Assembly (NCBI RefSeq): GCF_031769215.1
Contig: NW_026781926.1
Location: forward strand, 744,001 to 808,000
Length of the DNA: 64,000 nt
Direction: 5' to 3'
Source of the DNA: Ylistrum balloti
Taxonomy: Eukaryota
Positions 51,950 to 64,000 of the stretch are shown here, piece by piece (position 1 is the first letter of the stretch; each line of letters opens with the position of its first letter). The notes under the pieces were generated by a model. That model was given only the letters and a program-made list of their open reading frames with translations, was not told where the DNA came from and did no database searches. A program made the position numbers and the translations under genes.

Positions 51950-52675
51950 TATTAGCTCACCTGGCACAAAGGGCCAAATGAGGTTATGCCATACCGTGGT
52001 GTCCGTCATCCGTCCTGCCTCTGTCAACTTTTCATTTAAACAACTTCTTCTGAAATACCGAAAAGCATAGAGTTATCATATTTGGCTGGAAGGTTCCTTT
52101 GAAGAAGCCCAACAAAGTTTGCGAAAAGAAATGACCTTGACCCATATTCAAGGTCACAGAGGTCAAATGTGTGTTAAAACCTTTAAACAACTTCTTCCAA
52201 AATACCGAAAGGCCTTGAATCATTATATATGTCTGGAATGTTCCTATGATGAAGCACAACAAAGCTTGCATAAAAAAATAACCTTGACCCATATTCAAGG
52301 TCACAGAGGTCAAATGTGTTTAAAAAATTTAAGCGACTTCTTCCAAAATACCTGGAGGCCTAGAATCATTATATATGGCTGGAAGATTCCTTTGATGAAG
52401 CCCAACAAAGTTTGCGAAAAGAAATGACCTTGACCCATATTCAAGGTGGCAGAAGTCAAATGTGTTAAAACCTTGAAATTACTTCTCCCCAAGTACCGAA
52501 AGGCCTAGAATCATCATATTAAGCTACTACGTTCCTTTAATGATGTCCTATAAAGTTTGCAAAAGGAAATGACCTTGACCCATACTCAAGGTCACAGGGG
52601 TCAAATATAGTACAAATATAGTACTGTTGGTCATAAAGATCCAGGTGAGCGATACAGGCCCTCTGGACCTCTTGT
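51950..52675 (+). mobile_element. Apparently complete non-autonomous Helentron (HINE)-like element with four ~146-bp internal tandem units
   Basis: Exact 10-bp subterminal inverted repeats gctcacctgg (51955-51964) and ccaggtgagc (52641-52650). A gtccgtcatccgtcc microsatellite lies near the 5' end and a terminal hairpin aggccctctggacct sits before cttgt. ccttga recurs at 52135, 52282, 52428 and 52573. This layout is the established HINE architecture in bivalves. Confidence 0.8.
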
Positions 52676-53749
52676 CCTAGTGATATTACCTGGACAAATT
52701 TACTGAATCACAGATGATACTTGTTTGTTACAGGTGCAATATGACCTATTAGGGCTGTTGTTGGTTGAAGGGTCCAATTGTTTCCATTGTGATGTCATAG
52801 ATTCATATTGTCATATGCAATGTGACATCACCGAAGAGAAGTGCTGTGAGATTATCACCAGTTTAGATTTTGTCACTATGATAAAACAAATGTTTGCTAC
52901 AGTATCAAAGTGATGTGATAAACAGAATTTTATTTCCATTTCATATAGGAGTGATAAATGGTTAAGATTATTTACAATCTCAGTCATCAAAAGTTTCATA
53001 GTACGGCACTCATAGAAAAAGAACAAATGTAGTACATGTAATTCTTCTCCATAGGAAAGGTAATGGAAACTCTTTCAATAGAACACCAGAGATATTTTGA
53101 GTTTTGGAATTCCAATTATATTCTTTTCAGATTTTGAAGAATGTAACCTTAGAATTTAGTTGTAATAGCTGAGAAGATTAAAAAAACAACATTGGTTTTG
53201 ATCAGCAGACAAATACGTCAGGGAAAAAATAAATTGTAAGGGATAATGCACTTAATCATTTCACAGTCTTTCCTTTCCTTGGTCCATATGAAGTTGTTAT
53301 GTGGTTTGTCAATTTTAAATACAGGGCTAAGTTTACAAAATTAAGCAATCATTTCTGAACAGAAATATACCTGTCAAGTGTAACCTAGTACTTTAATATT
53401 CCAACATGCTATGTCATTTACACATGAAAAACAAAATATTCTACAGAATCCATAAATATTGTCTTCACTTATAATTTTCAGATCCAAGACATTAATCCTG
53501 AAATATATTTCCTTAATCTAATTTTAGGTTTTATTTGGGTTAAATGACAAAACTGGAAATTAGGTTTACAATATTTCCTTACCATCAAACTTCATATTCT
53601 CCAGGTACTGTGTCCTAAACACTTGGAAAATGTATAATTAAACAAAAGCAGAAAATGTTAACTACTTAAAAAATTATGAAATAATATTAATTGAGGGTAT
53701 TATCCTTCACTTTTTTTATTAAAGCTTTTTGTAAAACAATGAAGATTTG

Positions 53750-55046
53750 TACTTAGTGAATTCTGGTTACTAATGTCTACGACCGGTCTTAAACAGGGAC
53801 AACTTCACCAACAGGTTATGTCTTCAGTACATACTTAGTGAATTCTGGTTACTAATGCCTAGGACCGGTCTTAAACAGGGACAACTACTACACCAGGGTT
53901 AATCTTGAGTACATACTTAGTGAATTCTGGTTACTAATGTCATACTTAGTGAATTCTGGTTACTAATGCCTAGGACCGGTCTTAAACAGGGACAACTTCA
54001 CCAACAGGTTATGTCTTCAGTACATACTTAGTGAATTCTGGTTACTAATGCCTAGGACCGGTCTTAAACAGGGACAACTTCACCAACAGGTTATGTCTTC
54101 AGTACATACTTAGTGAATTCTGGTTACTAATGCCTAGGACCGGTCTTAAACAGGGACAACTACTACACCAGGGTTAATCTTGAGTACATACTTAGTGAAT
54201 TCTGGTTACTAATGTCTACGACCGGTCTTAAACAGGGACAACTTCACCAACAGGTTATGTCTTCAGTACATACTTAGTGAATTCTGGTTACTAATGCCTA
54301 GGACCGGTCTTAAACAGGGACAACTACTACACCAGGGTTAATCTTGAGTACATACTTAGTGAATTCTGGTTATTAATGGTCTTACTTAATGTCTAGTACA
54401 TACTTAGGAATTCTTAATGCCTAGGACCGGTCTTAAACAACAACTACTACACCAGGGTTGAATTCTGGTTACTAATGTCTAGGACTGGTCTTAAACAGGG
54501 ACAACTACTACACCAGGGTTAATCTTGAGTACATACTTAGTGAATTCTGGTTATTAATGTCTAAGACTGGTCTTAAACAGGGACAACTACTACACCAGGG
54601 TTAATCTTGAGTACATACTTAGTGAATTCTGGTTACTAATGTCTAGGACTGGTCTTAAACAGGGACAACTACTAAACCAGGGTTAATCTTGAGTACATAC
54701 TTAATGAATTCTGGTTACTAATGTCTAGGACTGGTCTTAAACAGGGACAACTACTACACCAGGGTTAATCTTGAGTACATACTTAGTGAAATTCTTAGTG
54801 AATTCTGGTTACTAATGGTACTACACCAGGGTTAATGTACATACTGAATTCTGGTTACTAATGTCTAGGACTGGTCTTAAACAGGGACAACTACTACACC
54901 AGGGTTAATCTTGAGTACATACTTAGTGAATTCTGGTTACTAATGTCTAGGACTGGTCTTAAACAGGGACAACTACTACACCAGGGTTAATCTTGAGTAC
55001 ATACTTAGTGAATTCTGGTTACTAATGTCTAGGACTGGTCTTAAAA
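53750..55046. repeat. Minisatellite, 82-bp unit with two alternative 22-bp segments
   Basis: ttctgg at 53761, 53843, 53925. The variable segment is actacaccagggttaatcttga or tcaccaacaggttatgtcttca. Confidence 0.96.
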
Positions 55047-56324
55047 AACTACAGCTTGTATCAGAATCCTTTACAAGATTTGAAATGTATTTTCTGGTAC
55101 ATCTATTTGTCATGGAGTATTCTAAATTTTCCGCATCATACAGTATTAATAAGATTTTTTCATGCTTTTCACACATAGACACAATTCTCTCCAAATGTAC
55201 ACTCTCTGAAAAATGTTCTTTAGAAAATTAAAAATCTCTATCTTTTTCCTGAAAAAAAATTGAGATGATAATGAATTTGTGACATGAAAGGTATATTTGT
55301 ATGTTTATTTCATGCCGATGTGAAGATTGATTGGGTTTGTTAATTTAAAATGTGTGCCATGATCTGTGTCGGTACAGTGACACTATTGTTCACTGTGCTA
55401 TCTCTAACTGCATGTTAATCAAAATTATTGACACTCATCAATTATGTATATCTTATGTTAAACTATGAAAATCGTCCGATGATAGCAATGATCTCCTTGA
55501 TATGATAAAGCATATGATGCTGTCAAGTTGGAAATGAAAATTGCTTTCATAGAAGAAAAATTCTCCATAAATTCTTAATGTATGTAAATAATTTGAATGT
55601 GTTGCATGGTTCATTATAAAATACCTCTATTTTTATGTCACGATTTTGTCATTTTATATGATCCAGTGCAACACAAGTCAAACGGATTTTTAAGTGAATT
55701 TTGAGCTATAAGCTTGCTGTTTTGTCACACCCAAAGGACAGGAAGTATGGTTGGATGGGTTTGAAAGTTTAAAGTGGAATGGTTTGATTGAGTCCATTTG
55801 ATAACATAGGTAAATATTGTATGAGGATTCATAAAGCAGACAGTCCCAATACACCGGGCTACATTTCATCATAAGATTGTTCATGTGGATCATTCCTTTT
55901 AACAAAATGACTTCAATTAAACATGTTTACATGATGCCTGTTATGTGAAGTTTTTATAAAAGAAAAAAAAACATTAAAAGTACAGATTTGTGTTTTTTTT
56001 CCCTTTAATGTATATTATATTTAGAATTTACAGTACAAACAATAACAATATCCCTGTTTGTAGAGAAAAACAGATAAAGAGATCCTGTGTTTATAAACTT
56101 ACAAGACTGCAAATAAGATACTATCATCTGACTGAAATTCAAACTCAAAAATGATGAAACATAAGGCAATATGAACTAAAGATTTAAACAAGATATCCCT
56201 AAAACAGATATTCAGACCAGGTGTCACAGAAGTGTAAGCATCTTCTGCATCTAACAACACTCACTACATAATGTATATAAATCTAGGTACATTCCAAACT
56301 TATTTTAGATATGAAGACGCTAAG

Positions 56325-56812
56325 TACTCTGTAGATAAGAACACAATGGGACAAGAACTTCTGTGAGAACACAATGGGACAAGAACTTCTGTGAGAAGAA
56401 CACACAATGGGACAAGAAATTCTGTAGATAAGAACACAATGGGACAAGAAATTCTGTAGATAAGAACACAATGAGACAAGAAATTCTGTAAATAAGAACA
56501 CAATGGGACAAGAAATTCTGTAGATAAGAACACACAATGGGACAAGAAATTCTGTAGATAAGAACACAATGGGACAAGAAATTCTGTAGATAAGAACACA
56601 ATGAGACAAGAAATTCTGTAAATAAGAACACAATGGGACAAGAAATTCTGTAAATAAGAACACAATGGGACAAGAAATTCTGTAAATAAGAACACAATGG
56701 GACAAGAAATTCTGTAAATAAGAACACAATGGGACAAGAAATTCTGTAGATAAGAACACAATGGGACAAGAAATTCTGTAGATAAGAACACAATGGGACG
56801 AGAAATTTAGTA
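56325..56812. repeat. Minisatellite, 32-bp unit gaacacaatgggacaagaaattctgtagataa
   Basis: Period 32 (56641, 56673). Confidence 0.96.
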
Positions 56813-57239
56813 AATATAAATATAAGGATATGTTTATGCAAATCTGGTGAAACGATTTCACTGTGGAAAAAAATTTTCCCGTGGTATTAGAAGTAAAATA
56901 TCTTCACATTTATGTAATATCATTCCCGTTGAAACATCTACAAATTACGATTTGAACAGGACAGCTTTCTCTCAAGCTGTATAATGCTAATTTCCATTTC
57001 CTTGATTTGAATATCCTCTGGCTACAGATGTCGACAACGAACAGACCAAGTCACAACAAAAGATTTCGAGAAAAGCAGGTTGCCGAACATGAGGGTGCAT
57101 GGACGTCACAATGATCCAGTTCGGAAATGTTCTATTCCGTTGTGCGATATGGTGTTGGATGTTAGTATGCCTTTTGATTCTTTTGTTGTTTACCTCATTT
57201 GATGACGTGACTTCACTTAATTGGATTTACTAAAATTTA

Positions 57240-57430
57240 TATGTGGGTGTTGTCGATGAAGCAAAAGATGGTTGCCTTTCTGGAACACCTGGTCTTTACC
57301 TCTTCGTACCTTTGCAGGGGTCTCAGTGTTATGGGGTTTTGCCTTTGTTTCAGCGAATTTGAGTTTGGATTAGGATCCTTTGACATGTTGGTATTAGCTT
57401 TTTCTGTGTATATACATTGGATGTGTGGTG
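57240..57430 (+). mobile_element. Probable remnant of an abundant bivalve interspersed repeat, possibly a retroelement tail
   Basis: gggtgttgtcgatgaagca...ttctggaacacctggtct...gcaggggtc resembles from memory a common bivalve repeat terminus; the family cannot be named without a library search. Confidence 0.3.
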
Positions 57431-58194
57431 AGTAAGCTTACTAAGTTAAATTTTTACATAAACATAATATTACAGATGATTATTCTAGTCATCAACTGAT
57501 TAAATCAGTAAACATGTAAACAATGCCCCGTCACCGTACAAAAATAAAATACACTTTGTCAACACATTAATATAAAATACTCCACACTAAAGGCGTGAAC
57601 ATGATGAAATAATCGGTTTATCATCAAAGTATTTAATATTTATTAAAAAACAACGAATGTAAATAAGGCACTAGATGTTTGATCAAACATTTATTTTAGT
57701 CAGATTTCTATAACAATTTCAATGACGTATTTTTTTGCATTCGTAAAACTGAAGAAAAATATCAATCAAGATGAATAATGATAATTTAAAAAGGCATCTA
57801 TCCGACAAAAGAGAGATAATTAATAATGATAAGTTTTGATACGGACAGCGTTACGTCAGAAATAACAGTAACAATAACAGATAAGAGAGAAAAGGATATC
57901 ACGGAAGGTGGGTACAATAGATGTTACAACAAAAAGCCAGTGATATCGACAATGAACGGAAGAAACAATCTTACAACACATCAATAAAATAATTGTTATC
58001 ATGGTAAACCGTGAAAAATATCACTGAAGAATAATAATGTAACTACCTCTGGCAAAAATATACCAAGACAATAAAAATCAGTGATATTGATACATCGTTA
58101 AAAATATAGGAGAAATAACATGATAATACGAACGTTTACTTGAAAAAAATTTATCAAGGTAAATTATATTGATATGAATTATAATGACATACTA

Positions 58195-58360
58195 TACGAT
58201 ATTAATTACATCGGCATATCGTTAGAATTAAATTACATCGATATATTGTGTGAATTGAATTACATCGATATATCGTGTGAATTGAATTACATCGATATAC
58301 CGTGTGAATTGAATTACATCGATATATCGTGTGAATTGAATTACATCGATATATCGTGCG
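58195..58360. repeat. Short CpG-rich minisatellite, 27-bp unit tacatcgatatatcgtgtgaattgaat
   Basis: Period 27 (58261, 58288); about 6 copies; it contains the palindrome cgatatatcg. Confidence 0.93.
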
Positions 58361-58687
58361 AGGATATCATGTGAAATAATAAGTGACATCAAAATATCAT
58401 GGGAAATTTCATTAAAACACAACAGTATAGCAATCAATGAAATCACCATATCGTCAAAGTTGTCAATGAAACCAAACAAGACAAAACAATTCTGACATGT
58501 CATCAAAATCTTTATTCAAACTCAGAGTCGATGAAACGAGGGCAAAATGTCAACAGAAGAAATATTTCCTCGAAAAAGTACAATAGTAAGACCAGTTGTT
58601 CTGGAAAGGTTAACAACAGGAGAAGCTATTTACAAATAAACACCAAACACATCCAACTTGATATCCCATAATTATATATCTCTCAGG

Positions 58688-59062
58688 GTGGAACGTGTAG
58701 TCAGGTGTGAGAGGAACAGAAATAATTGCTGGAACGTGTAGTCAGGTGTGAGAGAAACAGAACTAATTGATGGAACGTGTAGTCAGGTGTGAGAGGAACC
58801 GAAATAATTGGTGGAACGTGTAGTCAGGTGTGAGAGGAACAGAAATAATTGGTGGAACGTGTAGCCAGGTGTGAAAGGAACAGAAATAATTGGTGGAACG
58901 TGTAGCCAGGTGTGAAAGGAACAGAACTAATTGATGGAACGTATAGTCAGGTGTGAGAGGAACAGAACTAATTGATGGAACATGTAGTCAGGTGTGAGAG
59001 GAACAGAAATAATTGATGGAACGTGTAGTCAGGTGTGAGAGGAACAAATATAATTGGTGGTA
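58688..59062. repeat. Minisatellite, 41-bp unit ggtggaacgtgtagtcaggtgtgagaggaacagaaataatt
   Basis: Period 41 (58801, 58842); about 9 copies. Confidence 0.96.
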
Positions 59063-60294
59063 TATTTAGTAACACATTCAGATACAAATGAAAATTGGAA
59101 GGAGGGACAGGGTAGAGGTACATGAAGTAACCAATGAAAAGAAATGAAAGAAAAATGAATAACCACTAAATGAAATTTACAAACCGTAGATAATGTCATT
59201 TAGTACAATAAACGTTATAATACAGAAATAGCACAGCTACCATAGGCTAAGGAAACCTCCGCCTCGTTTTGGATGGTGTTACACACATTGATGTCTAGTC
59301 CGAATAAGTCTGACATTCCAACGACTTTATCGGTCTGGAATCATTGGGCGTTCCTCGACTCCAGACCAAAATATATAGTCGATAGAACGTCAGAATAATT
59401 CGGACTTGTTAATGACATTTCTGAAGGTGTTTTCATGTACATCATTCTACAAAAACAGTCTTTCCAAGATTTCTGACACTAGTGGCCGGAATGTGTTCCC
59501 GCTTGGTTTCAAAATTAGTTATGACATGTAATGTTTTAAGGAACAGTTATGAAATTAATGGCATTCCTTGTTTACTTTCCTATTTGATTTAAACATATAT
59601 TGATGGTATCAAATAAATACAGCGGGGTTCTGTCACAAGGTTTCCACCTTATACCAATCTCTCCCCCCAAAATAATAGACAACACCTGAATATTTACACA
59701 AGATGACATAAATATATACATATTAGATAAAGGATTTTTTATGGAAAATTGGTACAATAGGGAGATTGGGTGCAAAGAAATAAGGTAATATATATGGGGG
59801 AAAGTGGCGGTCTTCACTTGCTTTTCTGTGATACATATATATGTTTTAAATAGACATGGATTATCTGATTATTACTGATATTTAATAAATAAGACACATA
59901 AGATGCACAGATATACGTGTAATAAGTTTGGCTAACTTCTACTCACATTACGAATTTCATTTTTTTTATTATTTATTTTACTTAACATGTTGATTCTGTA
60001 GGTGATGGTTTGTAGTAAGCTTGTAAGCTTATAACCGGAAGAATGAATACCCTACTGTATCAGTTTGTGAAGTTACTGTTCTACATGTAGGGAATCTATA
60101 AATACTTGATGTTTTTTTTTATCTCGCTCTAATTCTACATGTTCTAAAACAATTTACTGTTTTAATCAGTCGGAACACCTCGAGCGATTCCCATGTAGTC
60201 ATCTTTGATGAAAGGTAGTATATTCGGAGCAAAATGTTCCGAACGCTTGTTGAGATCTCGCTTTAATTCTACATGTTGCAGAACATTTTACTTT

Positions 60295-61340
60295 CTAGGG
60301 GTCAAGATGACCGATTGCTGTCATGCGTCGTATGTCATCATGCCTCGAGGGCCATCATTCGTCCGTAAACTTTCCTCTAAAACACAACTCCTGCTTAACG
60401 CTTCGGTGGATTTCTACAACATTTGGTCATCATTAGGGGCAGGGAATCATTTCTTGAATTCAGAAAGTTTATTTGACCCCTAGGGACCTGGAGATGGGGC
60501 TCAAAAATGGAAGTCAGGCAATACTTTTCTTCAAAACGCTACTCCACTCCTCCAGAATGCTTGAATGGATTTCTTTCAAATTTTGTCTGAAACACCATTA
60601 GGGATGGACAATTAATTCTTAAATTCAGAAAGTTGATTTGACCTCTAGGGATTTAGTGGCGGGCCCCAAATGGGGAAGTTAGTCAATAGTTTGCTTCAAA
60701 CGTTACTCTTCCTTGAGGCTTGAATGGACTTCAACCAAATTTGGTCTGAAACAGCATTGCAGTTGGGTAATGATTCTTAAATTCATAATATTTCTTTGAC
60801 CCCTAGGGACTTAGGGGCCTTGCCAAAAGGGGACATTAGGCAATGTTTTGCCAAAAAACGGTATTTCTTCTTCATTTCTGGGTGGATTTCAACAAAAATT
60901 GGTCTAAAACAGTACTAGGGAGTGACAGTGATATCAAACGTGCATGTTCCTGAGATTGTCCTGATCAAACCCTATTTTTGGTTTGGTCCAAAATCTAACA
61001 AAATTACCTATAATAGATATTCTGAACTACTTCACATGTTTCATTCACACCACTGAAGTGGAGTTTAATTTGTTAAGGAAAAAAACAGGTAATATGTTGT
61101 TATTTGTTTTTAGCCTGATCAGAACTTCAACATGGTAACCACAGTAACCATTTTGTAACATGATAAGCAACTGTTTTCATTAACAAAACCTACCATTAAT
61201 GAGTTTCTGGATCCTTTCTAAGAATGTTAAAAAATTTGAATTCATCAGATTTGTTCGACAACTATCAGCAAATTCTGTGGTCTATCCGTCGATTCTTCGA
61301 TTGTTATGTGACCGTTAAGGGCCAGTGTCCTCTGGTATGA
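60295..61340 (+). mobile_element. Degenerate HINE-like element with ~160-bp internal repeats
   Basis: The 5' part reads ttgctgtcatgcgtcgtatgtcatc...tcgtccgtaaacttt. tttgacc(c/t)ctaggga occurs at 60472, 60637 and 60795. The 3' end is gtgaccgttaagggccagtgtcctctggt. Confidence 0.6.
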
Positions 61341-64000
61341 TATCACGCTTTAATTCTGTTTTTTAACGAGATACTCCTAATCATTTACATTTTCTACAAG
61401 TCCATATGTTTCGGAATAATTAAGATCTTTCTATGTTATTATTTCCGTTTCATTTAATTTCACGAAAACATTTATTTGTTGCAGATTTTGCGGTCTGTAT
61501 CTGTCTCAGTGAATGTTAAAGTTGTCTTTCGCCGCCTACTCCAAAATAGAGGTATATAAATTATTGGTTATGAAAATGTAATGTCATGTTACTATGTACA
61601 CCATGTGACCACTTGGCACCCTGGTAGAATTCGTGACGTCACGAAACTTTACTAAAATGTGTGACGACACACACCTAATTTGCTAATTACAGACAGAAAT
61701 GAAACAGACTTTAATTTATTTGAATTCGACTTTGATGAAAGTAATATTTCACAAGAAGTATCAAAATCCGAGTCATCCCATTTATTGCCATATGACTCAA
61801 CTTCCTCGAATTTTTCATGTAAGACATCCTTTTTCAATATCGTTGAAAGCTCGTGAAAATAGCCCTGGGTGTACAAAGAGGAGATGGGAATTATTTCAAT
61901 ATAGATATAATGTATTAGCAGTTTTTATTTTTAACAATAAACATGATATATTGGATGACAAATGCCGCACGGGGATTTCAGTCTTAATCATTTCTATCGA
62001 AAGGCATTTAAAGCAAACAAATGTTGGTGCAAATTTATTGATATTTTATTTTCAAATTTTGAATCGGAATATTTTATGGTTTAAGTGGCATATTCGTGTG
62101 GTAAAAGATTAATAATAAATCATTATTGTAAGGGGAAATAACATTTTAACACTTCTAATATATCTAGGAAAGTAATATTGTTATTCTTTTATTAAGTCTT
62201 TTCCAAAAATGTAATTTATTGTTAAAAACGACGTTAATCCTGGTGTTAATTTAATCAGCGTAATAATGTGTCGCTTAATTGACTTTCGATGTCGTATGAG
62301 GTATTTGGGTTTTTTAAATACAAAATGCACAAATATTCGGGAAAAAATCTTAACAAATCACATTGATATTTCCTATCTTAAATAAAGTTTATTTATTCTC
62401 TTAGAAAATGGGGGAGGGGTGCACAAAGACATTGGTTACAGTCATTGAAATCTATTAAAACGTCACCTACACCAGTTAGGGGTGAACTCCTCTGAGAAGT
62501 GTTTAAAAAAGTAAGTATTGAATTTTTGTTGGTGTGATTATTGTTTGTAAGGTTAGATCTGAGGAGAGGATTTTAAAATGTGTTACTCTACTTCTTCCGT
62601 TAAACGAGTCCAAACATGTGTACATGTGTTACAGGAAGTCATTAATTTTCACGTCTTTGTTAATTTTTCCTGAATAACAGGTTTTCTGTGATATTTCGGA
62701 GGGAAAAAATGTTCTTCTTTCATTAAAAGATAATAGTATGCTACGTGGATATAAGGGGGAAATAATGAGAAAAATACTAAATTTGATTTAAAAAACTTCA
62801 AACTGCATAACAAACAAAAAATGAACATTTTACAAAAGGACTTAAATAATTTATTTGATCATTTTCTAGTATAAACTTTTTAAGACTTCATGATTGCAGA
62901 AATTTTTGAAGATACTTTTCATGATTAAAGAAAAGGTAGTTGCTTTGGCAGCTTTACGAAGATTAAGGGACAAACTTAAACTGTTAGTTTTCTGATCCTA
63001 AAATCAGGGAAATATGTCCACATGTTCGGAATTTACGACTTTAAAATTTGTGATAATTTATGTAAAAGTTGAAATTTACCACAGACTTTTATAGTTATAC
63101 TCAAGAAAAGTACCTTAGCAACCAGAAAACGTTAAAATTGTTGACGCTAGTAACCGAACTATACCGCCAAAAACATAGGCAACGAGCGATATTTCTTTAA
63201 CATATCATATAAAGTCTCCAATTCCAGCTTAAAGTACAACTATATATAGACAAGAAGCATGTTAAAACACGAAAGTGTAAGATGTTACGTTGGAATTCAT
63301 TTTATATTGAATTACGTCCTACTGCCAGCCAAGCATCCAGACATCCTTAAGTGATACCAGTTTGCTGAATAAGTACAAAAACGTGACGGAATACACATTA
63401 CAATAAATTGTAATTAATTAGATGTAGTGTGTTGTTATTCTGGTTACCATGGTTTTCTACTATTGTGTGCTGTTTCACAATAACGCTGCGAAAACATCTC
63501 TTGGTACAGTCCATACTGGAATTTCCCCACAATTAACAGATTGTTGTAGGATCAATGTTCTCGGGAAACACGTGCTATTTCGGTCTATCTGTATCGTTAC
63601 TTTGAATAGATGTAAGGTATATAATTATCTGTAAAACATACTAATGAGTTCCTACTTCGTCAGTAATGTATTATTTACACTTCTGTAATGACTATACCGT
63701 ATCATGGTTTGTTGACGTCATTGGTTTTAATTACGAGAGAACATAATTATTTTTAAAAACAACAAGAAGAAAAAAATGATACAACCATTTTTTTTCTTCT
63801 ATTCTTACAATCTATAAACACTGCTATAAAGTCTTCGCAATAGTCAGACGTGTTCCCAATAATATATTATACTACCAAATAAAATTATCCTGCTTATCAA
63901 TAGTCGACTTCCTGACTATGCTGATTTAAGGCTATTACGTAATTTGGAGATAGGTCAGGAATGTTTGAACTCGTATGTTAAAAACATTTCCCTTGTACTC

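Noticed and set aside
53750-55046. CRISPR-like appearance (constant part plus variable segment); also considered for 1757-2430 and 46440-49830
   Set aside because: Only two recurring variants rather than unique spacers, no cas genes, and a eukaryotic intron-exon context.
56325-56812. 11-mer ttctgtagata shared between the 32-bp array and the 35-bp array at 12.7-14.7 kb
   Set aside because: It is an AT-rich word and the rest of the units do not align, so chance is likely.
75-59062. Long repetitive ORFs in the track (75-1168, 9683-12070, 14083-14794, 15359-16887, 22136-23983, 27976-29202, 36574-37063, 47398-49624, 56283-56861)
   Set aside because: Each lies on a tandem array and is often open in several frames at once. 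Units are often not multiples of 3 and drift between frames, and there is no splice or domain support.
59100-64000. Short ORFs (59572, 60205, 61652, 61699, 63449) as a second gene
   Set aside because: No recognisable domains and no consistent splice chain; one overlaps a HINE-like element.

Overview
This is AT-rich animal genomic DNA, not prokaryotic. The repeat families look bivalve-like, which is an inference from Helentron/HINE-type elements and a tRNA-derived SINE. One protein-coding gene is supported: the 3' part of a + strand CAAP1-like gene (caspase activity and apoptosis inhibitor 1). It has three GT-AG exons with matching phases (16875-16989, 27778-27916, 43113-43553). They encode an acidic linker and the conserved C-terminal motif ELLELEMRARAIKAMLK; its 5' exons appear to lie left of the window. 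About 20 different tandem minisatellite arrays (units 17-95 bp) cover roughly 27 kb, about 40% of the window, and explain almost all long ORFs in the track. There are also about six HINE-like elements, a SINE fragment and one N gap. The most interesting leads are: (i) several intronic arrays whose sense-strand unit reads like a 3' splice site, one with a back-to-back AG|GT; (ii) a GGGACA hexamer shared by six otherwise unrelated arrays; (iii) visible monomer evolution in compound arrays; (iv) a sharp switch from CpG-poor to CpG-rich sequence at about 55-57 kb, some 12 kb past the stop codon. All counts are by eye. I found no convincing new protein-coding system.
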